Assembly: GCA_028712255.1 (NCBI GenBank)
Contig: JAQTQJ010000004.1
Location: 19,956-83,955, forward strand
From: Candidatus Omnitrophota bacterium
GTDB taxonomy: Bacteria; Omnitrophota; Gorgyraeia; Gygaellales; Profunditerraquicolaceae
DNA: 64,000 bases
Reading direction: 5' to 3'
In this document: positions 27,387 through 39,600 of the stretch, in pieces
Layout of the letters: each line of letters opens with the position of its first letter
How positions within the stretch are numbered: the stretch's first letter is position 1
Program-made: the position numbers and the translations under genes
The notes under the pieces: model-generated
Told to the model about the DNA's origin: nothing
What the model saw: only the letters and a program-made list of their open reading frames with translations
Database searches by the model: none

Positions 27387-28822
27387 TTATTAATCTTTAT
27401 TTTACGGTAACCCACCGCATCAATAGGCAAATCACCGTGATAAGCCTTAAGTGAAGTAAGCAGGTAATCCGGATACTGTAAAAGCTTAAGCGGAATTTTT
27501 AAAATTAAAAAATTCTTGCCAAAATCTACCAACACTCCATGATCGACAACCCTATTTTTACCATTAAATACCTTACAACTGCCAAATCCGGTAATGATGC
27601 GTATCTTGGGCATCTGAGCAAAAGCAGTATCCTTACTATACCCAAAAATATAGAGCATTACACCAAACCTTGCGCTAAGTTTTTTAGGCTTATCCACGCG
27701 CACGATAAAATAATCATCCTGCCGGGCATAACTAACAGACCCATCCTCCTCCAACTCCTCGATTTCTCTAAGAGGCTGCAAAGATCTGGCCTCTTTAAAC
27801 ATTTCCGAAGCGCCAGAATAAGAAATAACCTTATTCCCTGATGCAGGTTGCGGTTCTAATACCAAAACCGGATAATCGCCAAAAAGTTCGTTCTCTCTTG
27901 CAAAAGACAATAAATAAAACGCCGCCGACTGCGTCTGGCTCTTATAGAAAAGAATAGACTGGTATTTTTTGTCCAATTCTTCAAAACTTAAATCAAAACG
28001 CAGCCAATCAATCTCAGAACCGATAAATTTATCAGGCGGATATAATTCTAACTCCGGATGATAATGTCGCGGCTTGGGCCAACCCACAGAATGCACAAGA
28101 TAAGGATAAACCGCTGGGGTTGAAATCTTGCCTTCCAAATCACTCAAGGCCACCTGGAGGAATAGATATAACGCTTTATGGTCAACATTAACATCGGAAG
28201 GATGAGAAACAAATATCCTATCCGGTTTATAATCTAAAATCTGATTAGTCAAATCACTTAATATGCTTTCACCGTAATATTGAGCCCCGTAAGAAGGATT
28301 GTTCTTGTATGGCACGCTGGATATCCGGGTCAGGCGGTCGCGAAATGGCTTCTTGGCCTGCCAATACTTACAAAAAATTTCAAAGGTTCCGTAATCAGGG
28401 TATCCTAAAAATACCAGGTCATCCTTAGACAAGCCTAAAAATTCCATCGCTTTAATTGACTCCTTCTGGCGCACCTGCCCCATATAAACAAATTCCCCCT
28501 GGCGCATGGTTATCCTCTTTTCATAGACGATAAAAGATAACTCATTGTGGTCGCCGCTAGTCAGATAAACTATCCTGACTTTGGCTTGCGCTTTGAGCGC
28601 CTCTTGAATAATCCCTGCGCAGGCGATTGCTTCATCATCCGGATGCGGAGCCAGGACTAAAATCCGCTCATCCTTCTTAAACGGCTCCAATACGCCGATA
28701 GAACCTTTCCAGATTATCCCAGATTTGTCCACGCTAGCGCAGCCGCTAAGCAATAAAAATGACAGAAAAATTGATAGTTTTATTTTATGTAACAGTTCAG
28801 CTCTTAGAAATAATCGTGTCAT
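27383..28822 (-). CDS. PIG-L/LmbE-family deacetylase lipoprotein with ~250-aa C-terminal extension
   Basis: LAPHPDDE zinc-binding signature; lipobox LLLSGC; the ORF-track N-terminal 41 aa is translation of a family A repeat; the proposed start ATG at 28822 is donated by the repeat arm. Confidence 0.55.
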   Translation of the reverse strand: MTRLFLRAELLHKIKLSIFLSFLLLSGCASVDKSGIIWKGSIGVLEPFKKDERILVLAPHPDDEAIACAGIIQEALKAQAKVRIVYLTSGDHNELSFIVYEKRITMRQGEFVYMGQVRQKESIKAMEFLGLSKDDLVFLGYPDYGTFEIFCKYWQAKKPFRDRLTRISSVPYKNNPSYGAQYYGESILSDLTNQILDYKPDRIFVSHPSDVNVDHKALYLFLQVALSDLEGKISTPAVYPYLVHSVGWPKPRHYHPELELYPPDKFIGSEIDWLRFDLSFEELDKKYQSILFYKSQTQSAAFYLLSFARENELFGDYPVLVLEPQPASGNKVISYSGASEMFKEARSLQPLREIEELEEDGSVSYARQDDYFIVRVDKPKKLSARFGVMLYIFGYSKDTAFAQMPKIRIITGFGSCKVFNGKNRVVDHGVLVDFGKNFLILKIPLKLLQYPDYLLTSLKAYHGDLPIDAVGYRKIKINK

Positions 28823-28893
28823 TGCGAGGAGCGATAGCGACGAAGCAATCTCAAGGATTGCTTCCCCTTCGCTTCGCTCAGGGTCGCAATGAC
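28818..28893. repeat. Family A palindromic element, full copy (gtcattgcgaggagcgatagcgacgaagcaatc ... gcttcgctcagggtcgcaatgac)
   Basis: Seen directly; overlaps the 5-prime end of the PIG-L lipoprotein gene. Confidence 0.8.
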
Positions 28894-28955
28894 ACTCGTC
28901 GACAACTTTCAAACGCTGAATTGTTAATCTTTTATACATTTTCATTTCAAATCAC

Positions 28956-30431
28956 TTAATTTTTTCTAGCAGAAAAATTAAATATTACTATACAAGCTCC
29001 AAACAGTGCGCAGAAAATTACAAAAAGATCTCCATAACGATTATAAAAAGTGGGCTTGCCTGGTATTAAATAAATATTTTGACTGCTATAACCCTTTACA
29101 AAAATTTCAAACCCACGACTGTTTTGCACTACTGACAAAATTCTGCCAAAAGGATCGATAAAACCGGATATTCCGGTGTTAGCTGCCCTAGCCAGATATA
29201 CGCGATTTTCAACCGCCCTGAAAACTGAGGCGGCAAAATGCTGAAAAGGGGCGCTGCCCTCTTTATACCAGGCGTCATTGGTGATATTAACCAGAAATTG
29301 CGCTCCCTTCTTCACAAACTTGCGCGATAATTCGGGGAAAAGATCCTCAAAACAGATGAGTACACTAAAATCAGCAGGCTGCTTAAATATAGTATAATCG
29401 CGCCCGGGCTCTATATCTCCAATAGGAACAATCGTCTCTAAAAATGGAAAACTCTTTTTAAACGGTATATATTCCCCGAGGGGAACCAAATGGATTTTGC
29501 TATAAATTGCCAGGGGCACACCGGACTTATCTATAGATAAAGCGCTATTAAAATAATTCGGCTCAAAATGTGAGACAGCACCCACCAATAAATTAATTTT
29601 TAGCTGGCGGGCTAAGGAAAAAACTTGGGCAAATTCGAGATCATCCTGCCCCCAAAACCCAGGCACTGATGCCTCAGGCCAAATAATCAGATCAGGATCG
29701 TCGTTAGCGGCCTGAGCCGTCAATTCTTTATAATCATCCAAAATAAAATTAACCGCCCGCTTGTCCCATTTTAAATCCTGTGGGATATTACCCTGAATTA
29801 CGGAAATCTTTAATGGTTTTGCACCGGCTACAAGATTAGGCTTATAACTTAATTTATGGAATCCATATGCCAGAGATAAAATAAGAATTACCGATATGAT
29901 CAGAGAGGTTTTGATTCTTGATTGCTTACGTAAAATTAAATAAAAAGCAGTATTCACCAAAACTACCAAGAAACTAACTCCCCAGGCACCGGTAATATCG
30001 GCAATTTGAATAACCGGTAAATTTTTATATTGGGAGAGGCCAATAAGTGACCAGGGGAAACCGGTAAATAAATAGCTGCGAATATATTCCAATAATACCC
30101 AAGCAATTGGTATGCAGAATAGGCGTTTTGCAGGAGATAACGATCGTAACGAAAAAACTGCGCAGCCAAATACGCCAAAATAAATAGACAGGTATAAAAT
30201 CAATACGGCTTGGCCGATTAAAGTAACATGAATAAGCCAATATATAGTTAGAATCCAAAAAACAATCCCGCACAGATAAGCGATAATAAATGATTGGCGT
30301 AGAGATTTATTTTCTAAGGCAATAAAAAGATAAACCAAGCCACACCAGCCAAATAACCAAAGATTGAAACTGGAGAATGAAAAGGATAAAAATAAACCGG
30401 ATAATAAAGATAAAAAGATGCTTTTTTTCAT
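28956..30431 (-). CDS. lnt: Apolipoprotein N-acyltransferase
   Basis: N-terminal polytopic domain plus C-terminal CN-hydrolase domain with LICFEDLFPE catalytic Cys region; 491 aa. Confidence 0.75.
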   Translation of the reverse strand: MKKSIFLSLLSGLFLSFSFSSFNLWLFGWCGLVYLFIALENKSLRQSFIIAYLCGIVFWILTIYWLIHVTLIGQAVLILYLSIYFGVFGCAVFSLRSLSPAKRLFCIPIAWVLLEYIRSYLFTGFPWSLIGLSQYKNLPVIQIADITGAWGVSFLVVLVNTAFYLILRKQSRIKTSLIISVILILSLAYGFHKLSYKPNLVAGAKPLKISVIQGNIPQDLKWDKRAVNFILDDYKELTAQAANDDPDLIIWPEASVPGFWGQDDLEFAQVFSLARQLKINLLVGAVSHFEPNYFNSALSIDKSGVPLAIYSKIHLVPLGEYIPFKKSFPFLETIVPIGDIEPGRDYTIFKQPADFSVLICFEDLFPELSRKFVKKGAQFLVNITNDAWYKEGSAPFQHFAASVFRAVENRVYLARAANTGISGFIDPFGRILSVVQNSRGFEIFVKGYSSQNIYLIPGKPTFYNRYGDLFVIFCALFGACIVIFNFSARKN

Positions 30432-30592
30432 CGCTTAATATTTTACCATATAAAAATTTTAAGCGAAGTTAAATATTAGTAAAAAGGGGCGCTTTTTAGA
30501 GGAACCTTTATGCCGGTAGGCTTAAAGGAAAACGCCCCTTTTGATTCGTTAATCCTTGTCATTCCCGCGAAAGCGGTAATCTACCTACATCC

Positions 30593-30635
30593 GTCATCCT
30601 GAGTCCGCCAATGCTTTAGTGGCGGACGAAGGATC
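30593..30635. repeat. Family A palindromic element variant (gtcatcctgagtccgccaatgctttagtggcggacgaaggatc), preceded by a cccgcgaaagcgg mini-hairpin
   Basis: Immediately 3-prime of the giant ORF stop; likely terminator function. Confidence 0.65.
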
Positions 30636-33600
30636 TATTTATTAAACGCTATTCTTAATTCCTCTCCACTTCTTCCTGATCCCAACACTACCAGGATATC
30701 TTTAAGTGTTGGATCGGTTAAACAACAGCTCTCTTCTTCCATCCTGAGGATATCTGCAATACAAGAGACTATTCTATTGGTATCTTGATCCAGGCTACCT
30801 TTAAAACAGCTAGCAGCAAGATACTCTTTTAGGCGTTCTGCTGATGGGGTGATCCCTGAATTAACTAAACGCTCTATATCTGACCACTCTTGGGTTAGGT
30901 TGATACCTTGTAGAGTGCTTTGAGGCAAACTCCTTATACCTGCTTTGAGGCTATCTATAGACTGGATAACGATAGGCAGAAAGCGGAAGTCGATTCCCCC
31001 AAGCTTCTCACCTTGTCGGGAATCGATGGTGAGGGTAGTCGAACTATCGATGCCGCCGGGAGCAAAAGCAGAATTTGATGAAGAACTTGTTGAGCCGTTG
31101 ATGGGGCCGGTAGTTTTCGGTTTAGCAATCTCATTCTCTAAATATTCTTTAAGATCTGCCAAAATTGAAGCTTTCAAAGATTTATATCCTTTCTGACTCC
31201 TATTAATATCAAGCGCTGATAAAACCCTTGTGACTCTTCCTTCTACGTCTTTGCTAATCATTGCCCATGCAATAGGCACTGGCGGCCTACCCGCTTTCTC
31301 ATAGAACGCAAAAATACCTTCTTGCGTATCATCTATAAGCAATTTCCCCAGCATATCGCCGTAAGAATCCCACTCCCTAAAAATTTCTTTACTCGCTCTA
31401 GGAAATACCTTTCTTAAAGCCTCAGCTTTCATTTTCATTTTAATTTTATCTACAATGAGTTTTGTAATATCGCGCCATGCATCTTTAATTTCATCCGGAG
31501 AGAAAGATGTTTTTGCATCGAGGCCAAAGTATTTAGCAGTTCTTACACCTTGCCGCATTCCCTCAATATACTCCTTTAGAGTTTTAGCGTATTCCTGACT
31601 AAGTATTTCTAAATGTTCTGGATTATTACGATCAAATCCTACTTCAGCAAGCATACTAAATATCTCTTCTTTAAATCTTATGATTTCCGGACTCTCACCG
31701 GAAATTATAAGCTCAAGGCCATTGGGAAGACCTAAGTTTTCTTCATCATCCTTATCAATGCTTCTCTGAGTATCTGCATATCTACGTAATGTTTTATCTC
31801 TTTCTTCTGAAGTTATATGGGACGGTTCTGTTGCTTCATTGCTTCCTGCAAGAGCTTCAGCTGCTACTTGTTTTGCTTCTTTGAATGCTTTCTTTGGATC
31901 ATCGCCCCTTATTGTTTTAACCAATTCTTTGTTCTTTCTTACTTCATAATAAATTTCTCCATTATTAATATAAACCTGTATCTCAACAGAGCCATCCCCC
32001 TGAGATATTGTATTATTTAATCCGTTAGGCATAGTTCCAGAAGCAAGATTGATCCCTGTATCGGGACTAGTGGGATTAAGAGAGCTTGGGGACGGTTCTG
32101 TTTCTCCCGAGTCCATTTCCAGAGAAACAGAACCGTCCCCATTATTCAAAGATACAGCCGCCGCGTATTTCATCGCCTCAGCAAATGTGCCTACTGCATC
32201 GTGGGTAAAATCGCTCAGATGCGCAATATAACCTTCCTGCCAAAATCGCCCTGCATTATCCTGACGCATAAATTCCTCTAACAGATGCCCTAATTCATGA
32301 ACAATCGTATCAGTAGCAGAATCTATCGCGGTTGAATTAGTAGCGGCTCGGCCAATCTCTGAGGCAATAGAGCGGGCAAGAAACATCGTGTGTTTACCTT
32401 GATAAATCTTAAAAGCGCCGGCAAATCTCACTTCATCATTTAACAAAATTATCTGCTCGATGCCAAAATTACGGGCTATCCCCCAAGCCAATGTTACTAA
32501 TTCTCTTTCGTTATCATTATAATCATTCGGGTTGAGAATATACCTTTCCGGACGCTGCATTTGATCATGGCCCAAAGCAATACCTAGGGCTTGCATAACT
32601 TTATTTCCTGAAAAAGGAATATCGCTTAAAGAAGGTAATCTTCCAAGATTGAAACCTCCTGACATTAATAATTCTCTTTGCAATTTAGCTGCACCCAATA
32701 TTGCCTTATTAGTCTCCTCTTGAATCGCCAGGCGCCGCGTTAGAAGGCTTACCTTAGAATCAGAGTTTTGCCTATTAGAGAAAACTTCCAAGAGAAGGAT
32801 AAGTTTAGTAAACTTCTTTTCTTTATCTAACTTCCCTGGTTCTGTAAGTAATCCTCTTAAGGCTTCTTCTGAAATACGCTCAATCCTGCCTACGTTTATA
32901 TCATTGGCTACCCCTAATATCCATCTATCGCTTGCAGGATTAATTGATTGCCAGTAACTATCATTGGTCTCCCAGTCTAAAGGAAACCCTTCAAATACAA
33001 ATTGCGGGCTGCTTTGAGAAAGGGCTTTATAGGCGATTGCCTGAAAAAAGGCAACAGCAACGTAGCGCTGAATCTGAGGAAGAAATTCATTCTCATGCTC
33101 AAAGGCGCTGCGATTACGAATAAGCGGTAGAGGTATCTGGATGATAATCCCTAACTCCTGAATATGCCGGCGTAAAACTGAAGGAATTAATGCTAAGTAC
33201 TCTTCTTTCATTTCACTAACCCTTAAACCTGCTTTATCCACAATCTGTAAGGGCATATCTTTAGCGCTGATAATACGCAAAGGGCCAAAATTCGTCTCAT
33301 CTTTTTCCTGAGGACGGACTGCTTTAAACTCAACTTCAGCTAAGATATCTTTCTCTACAGCGAGCTGCTGCTTTTTACCTTCATGGTCAATAAAAAATAC
33401 CTTAAAATGCTCATCCTGCGCCAGGCCAACAAAGATCTTCCAGGAACGCTGGCTGAGCATCTGGTCCAGCTCGGGTATGGTATTATCCAATGACTTGATC
33501 CGCCTTACGGTTACGCCTTGAGCAACTTTAGGATCAGTTATCTTGCGTATACGCGTTAACTTAACTGCGGTTGGCCTCCCCGAAGAATCTCTAATTACCG

Positions 33601-36600
33601 CAAAAACAAACATATAAGCGCGTTGGCTATTTTTAGTAATAATCTCAAGCCGGTCCACTCCTTCAAACAGCGTATATTTTCCTGTGCCAAAGAACCCGGT
33701 GAGTTCAATCTGGCCTGCGGCTGCCTTAGTAGATTTAGGAATAAGCAAGGCCACCTCTTCTAGGGCGCCGGTCCCATTATCCCGAGCTTCTTCAACATAC
33801 TCTTCTTGGCCTTGAGAGTTTTGCTGAAGGTAAAAATCTACTAATAGCTCCCCGTGTTTACCACGCGTAGCATCACGGGAATTTTGGGCAATCTCAGCAG
33901 TATAGGCGCCAGATTCTCTTTGCACAGTAGCATTAAGTAAAATATCCGATTCTAACTTTGCTGAAGACTGAGGAAGATTAAAAATACTTCTTACAAGTTG
34001 CTCAACGCTCATAACCTTATCCGCGAGCCCGTTCTTTGGCCTTTGCTGCTCAAGTTTAATAATCTGCGACAAGGCTACTGCCTCCTCCGGGCCTCTAGCA
34101 TTAAATTCATCCACACCCTCAGGCTCAGTCCTTTCCTTCTCTCTTAACTGCTCGACATTATTAGTTAAAAAAACCACAAAGGGGCGCGCTTTACCCAGCT
34201 TATGAGCATCCTTAAGTTGAAATGATCTTCGTTCGTTTGCGTCATCAAATAATTCAAAGGCGCTATACAAATCAGATAAATATTTATCTCTGGCTTCTGG
34301 TTTTAAGGCTAATAGCCTATTTATCTGATTGGCAAGGATATGAGCACCATCGGCGTGGTTTGCAGCTTGAAGAGAAACACCTGAGAGAAAATTTATTATT
34401 GATGTAAGCCTTTTAACTTCACCGGGAGTTGCTTCTTTTAGCGCAGCGATGAATTTGATTATTACGGGTAAGATATCTATCTTTTCCTGATAAGTACCCC
34501 AGCCATAAGCAAGGGCTTCAAAAAGTTGATTATCTATCTCAAGATGTTCGATGTTTAACTCTCTCTCCTTAGAAATGCAGATAAGGCTAAAAAACAAATC
34601 AAAATAAAAATCGTATTGATCCTCAATTCTCTCTTGAGAAAGCTGAGTTTTTCTTTCCTGAAGAAATCCGGGCAAAACCCGCAAAAATTGCTGCATCCTT
34701 CGGCTAAAAATATCAAAGGGCAATTCTTCAAGGTTCAAAGGCTGATTATTTTCGAGCGCTTGCCGGAATCTACGATTAATCTCATCTTCTTGGTCTAGAT
34801 AAAGTTCTTTAATCATTTCTCCGAGACTAAAGTCGGACCGATGCTTGAATTCTTCCGGGATTAAATCTAAGAATGGCTGATAAGCAGCCTGCGCCCTAGC
34901 AATAAAAGCGTCACGCTGAGAGAAAACATTATCTCTCCATTTTGCCATAACCTCTTGCGCGTTAATCTGTGCCTCTTCTGCCTGCGCTTGAACTTGAGCG
35001 GGTTGAGGCGCTTGAACAAATACCTTGCGCGGGTCCAGATACCTTATCTCTTGGGTCTGAGGATTAACAAACACAAAATATTCGCCGTTAACGTCTGCAC
35101 AAATAAAATTTTGAGGTACTTGTTTAGTAACACCCTTAATCTCGCCGAAATTATTAACCAAAAGAATGCGTCCATCATGAGTAGCTACAAGAATAAAGTT
35201 ATTATTTTGCTCTATAAAGAATTGATGCTCAAAAAAAAGCGAAGCAACAGGCCTTGACTTATCGGTTATCGCATATACTACTTCAAAACCTCTTTCTGCA
35301 TTTAAAAGATACCAAACCTTGCCACCTTCTAACGACACCACACGATCAGAGGGCTGTATTTGTTTAATATCTGTTAATAATCCGGAATCTAAATTTAAAA
35401 TACACACATCGTGATCACCAGTTGGTAAATAAAAACTACCTTCGTAATGAGAAAAATTACGAAAAATCAAATTATTACCTTGCAGCAAAATGCTCCCCAA
35501 TGGTTCTATGGGAGTACCTCTATTATATTCAAAACCAATTGAGGCCATTACTTCTCCCCAATGCGTCTTATAAGATTCTGGAATTCCATTTGTCTCTTCA
35601 TCCCAAATTGTTTTCTTCTCTAAATCGTATTCTTCCCAGTAACGTCGAGATATCGGGTCTGTTGACGGCCCTGCCTCAATAACTTTAAAAATATTTCGAT
35701 GAATAAATATACCCGGAGCCGCATATCCGCTGGCTCTACTAAATACATCGCACTCTTTAAGTCTCCCATCCTTATTTACTATCAGTAAATAAGTTTTGCC
35801 TCCGTCAGAAGTAACTCTTATTTTACCTCCTTCTTCAAGATCTCGATGTTTAGCTCTCATTGATATAAACATCTCATCTTTCTTTTCTTCTTTTTCATTT
35901 AACCATAAATAATCCAATTTATTGCCGGCCTTAAATATCGCCACTTCTCCGGAAGAATCAATTTCAATGTGGTCAGCGCCTTGGATTAAAAACCTGCCCT
36001 GCCCTAGACTAAATAAACTGTATTTGCCCTGCTTATCCTGGAGAATAACCACATCTGCCTTATCATCTACGCGAAATCCCAACGAATCATGCGTGATTAT
36101 TTGCGGCACCCTATTTGGGGCTGTGTTATAATCACTATATGTAAGGATGTTATTGCCTTGTTTATGCACCGAGAATCTTCCCGAAGCAGACAGAAAAACT
36201 TCTGACGATTCCGATTGCTCTACTCCTGAGGCGGTATCGAGCACAATATAATGCTTCTTATTTGGCGTTCCCAACGGCAACATATCGATTTTCTCTATAA
36301 CCACCAAATTACCCTTTATGGCTACAACAGAGTATGTAGTTCCTATTATGGGCCGTCCGTCAAACAACTGTTGATCTCCCTTATAAATGTAGAAAGAATC
36401 ATTAGATTCATACACAATAAAGGCATCGGTTGACCCTATTCGCTGAACACGAACATATGCAAATGGAGCGGCACGATTTTTATCTTCACGGTTAATAAGG
36501 CTAAAACCTCCGCCGGGTTGCGGAGTAATTATGATAGAATTCGGCGCATCCGCAGGCTTAGTCTCGCTAAATAACGCAGCTGGCTGCACTTGCGGATGAG

Positions 36601-39600
36601 CTAATGGCTCAGCCTCAGTAGATTCTACCTTTTCAACTTCCGCTAATACCTCTATAGCGGCATAATAATTTTCTAGCACCAGAACATTATTATTATTTAT
36701 GAGCTCAAGAATTTCTTTAAGGATTGCCTTGGCCTCAGCTATCCTATTTCCCTTAGCAAATGCCTCAGCTACAGAAACAAGAGCTTCACATTTCATCCGA
36801 ACTTCGTCTTCAGGAATCTTCCTGGTTATCTTCAAGGATTCATCTACTTCACCTATTTGGGCTAACCCTTGAGCTATATTAAATAATAAGCCTGGATAGA
36901 TAGACTTACGAACAACAGAATCCGTATTGAATTGCCCCAAAACTTCCAGTATGCTATTACATAATCGCCCTGCTTCTTTTATATCCCCATTCTCTATCAA
37001 TCCCTTAACTTCATGGGATAGGAACAATAATCTTTCTAGAACACTACCTAGATCCAACTGCTTGATCACAATATCAAATATTTCCTGCAATTTTTCTGGC
37101 CGGACTAAGAATTTATCTGTCCCGACGAAGCTCTTAAGTATGCTATCAAAAACCTGCCCTTTTCGGGTAACATCTGATATTTTGATTGTTATCGAGAGCG
37201 CTTTCTTAAACACGTTTTCTGCATCGGCAATTCTGATCATCTTAAAGTAGGCGGCGGCTACAATAGCCAAGGCTTCCGCCTTATCTTCAGGATCAGTAAG
37301 TTTCTCTGCGATACGTTGCGCTCTTTGCAATAAAGCATAAACTTCTTCTTCTGGTAATTTTGACTCAACTAATGCATTTGTAATATCTAATAACTCTGTT
37401 CCCTTAGACCATGAATTGGGAAACTTTTCTACATTAATGAGTATATCTTCAAATAACTTACCTGCCTCTCTTTGTCTTTCTAGTCTAGAAAATGCCTTGG
37501 CTATAATTGCAAGTATTCGTTCTTTATTATCGAGCTTTTCTACTGTGCCCTTAATCTCTTTTAGCAGAGTAAAAACCTCTTGGATGGTGATATCTGAGGC
37601 GATTAATGCTTCAATAATAGTAGAAATATTCTCACGCAGATCATTATGGCTCATGCCCTTTATCATATTCACTAATTTTGCAAACAAGGCATAAGTTCCA
37701 GCACTTCCTTGTAAACGAGCAGCTCCAGCCAACGCTTCAGTTATAGAAGCAATAGCTCTTGCTTTAGCAGAAGGATCTGGAATGTGGCCTGTAAAATCAA
37801 TAACTTCTTCAAATAGCCCTAACCTTTCAGTAGTACCCATAATAACACCGGCGGATTTATCCATTACCATAACAAAAGCTTTAACCGCTCTAACCATTAA
37901 CCAAGATCTACTACGATTATCATTCTCAAAAACATTTTGTGCCTCAAGATACGCCTTGCGCAGTGTAACAAAAGCTAGATCTTCCTGCCCTATTTCAGCT
38001 TCTGCTAAAGCTGTAGCTATAAGGGCATCACATCCGTCTGCATTCCGATCAGAAGCGTCCTTTTCTACTCTATAAAAATGATGCGCCTTATTCAGCGCTT
38101 CTTTTGCTTCATCAATTCTTCCTGTTTTAGCTAATCCTCTGGCTAATACGGCATAAGCGCGGCATCTTGAATAATCATCAGGCAAGGCCTGCGCAATGCC
38201 ACTGACTACTTTAACTAAATCTAAATCAGCTGGTTCTTTAGCCTGCGCGCCAGCTTCCTTTACGCCTTTTTGCATGCTCATTACAGGAGGCTCTCTTAAA
38301 AATTTATTAATTGCACCGGAATCAATTGCTCCGCTTACCTCTTTAACTTCTGGAATTGCTGTAACTGCCAAGTTATCTTTGGGCTTGGCATGCTCATAAC
38401 TTGTCACCACCTCTTCAGCGGTAATAATGTTTACTCTTTGCAACAGTGAGGAATATTCTTTTTCTTCTTGGGCCGTCAAACCGCCGCTTCTTTTCCTGCT
38501 CAATTCTAATAATCTCCTGCCCAACTCCTGCGGTATAATCACAAAACTTTCGGTTTTGATTACTGGCAGGCGTTCTTCTTTAGCCCAGGTATGCCATAAA
38601 CGGTCAAACTTAAAAAACCTTTTTGTGGCTTCTTGAGTAAAAGGAGCAATAATCAAAGGCAGGTGGCTAGCCCCTCCTAAAGTAACATACGGAATTATCT
38701 CTCCTCCGATTGCGTTTAAGAAACTAGAAAGCTGCCAATCAAATAATTTTCCATGCACAAAAAGTACATCCTTGCCTCCGAGTTCAAGTTTACCAAACTC
38801 TTTCTGCTGAGGCAGGACAATAACCCCCTGATGCCTTAACTCTTGTATTAGGCCGCTGATTACTTCCTGAACATTAGCGCGGATACCTTTTACCAAATGG
38901 CTGCTATTAGCATTGGAATTAATTAAGCCATCAAGGCCAACCATTATGGTATTAATATATTTTATTTTCTCGCGGGTAGTCAATTTGGGATGTTTTACAA
39001 TCTGCTTTATCGCGTACTCTACCCCTTGCTGGAAACTGGGAATCTTGCCGCCTAAATTAAGGCCCATGATAATATTATCCCGGGATTCGGAAACATCCAG
39101 CAAACCGCCTAATTCAAGCATTAAACCGCCTGTTACAGTAGCGCTATCCATAATCTCTCCGGGAATATCTACCGCTATAATTACCTCTCCATTCCTGGCA
39201 AAAGAAACCCGATGGGGAAGCGCTTCATCATGAACAACTTTTACTTTACCCAGTTCTCTATCTATATTTAACTCTAAAGACGCGGGGCGCTTTGTCCCTT
39301 CTTTGGGTACAAACATTTTAGCGAGAACCTCGGCATCCATGCCACTGCCATTATCAACAATAGTTATGGCATGCTCTGAAGTAATTACTTTTACAAACCT
39401 GCCCTGGCTTTCTTCTGGGGCATGAGCCTTGCTCCTCACCGGCACAACTACTCTTTTATTCTCAAACCCGTTAATCTTTACGGGTTCCCTCTGGCCGCTC
39501 ATCTGCGTATAAATATCCACTTCCCCTACAAACGGGAAACGCTGATGTATAGCGTCAGCTATTGCTCCTTGAGAATTACGATGCGTTTCATCACGCTGGC

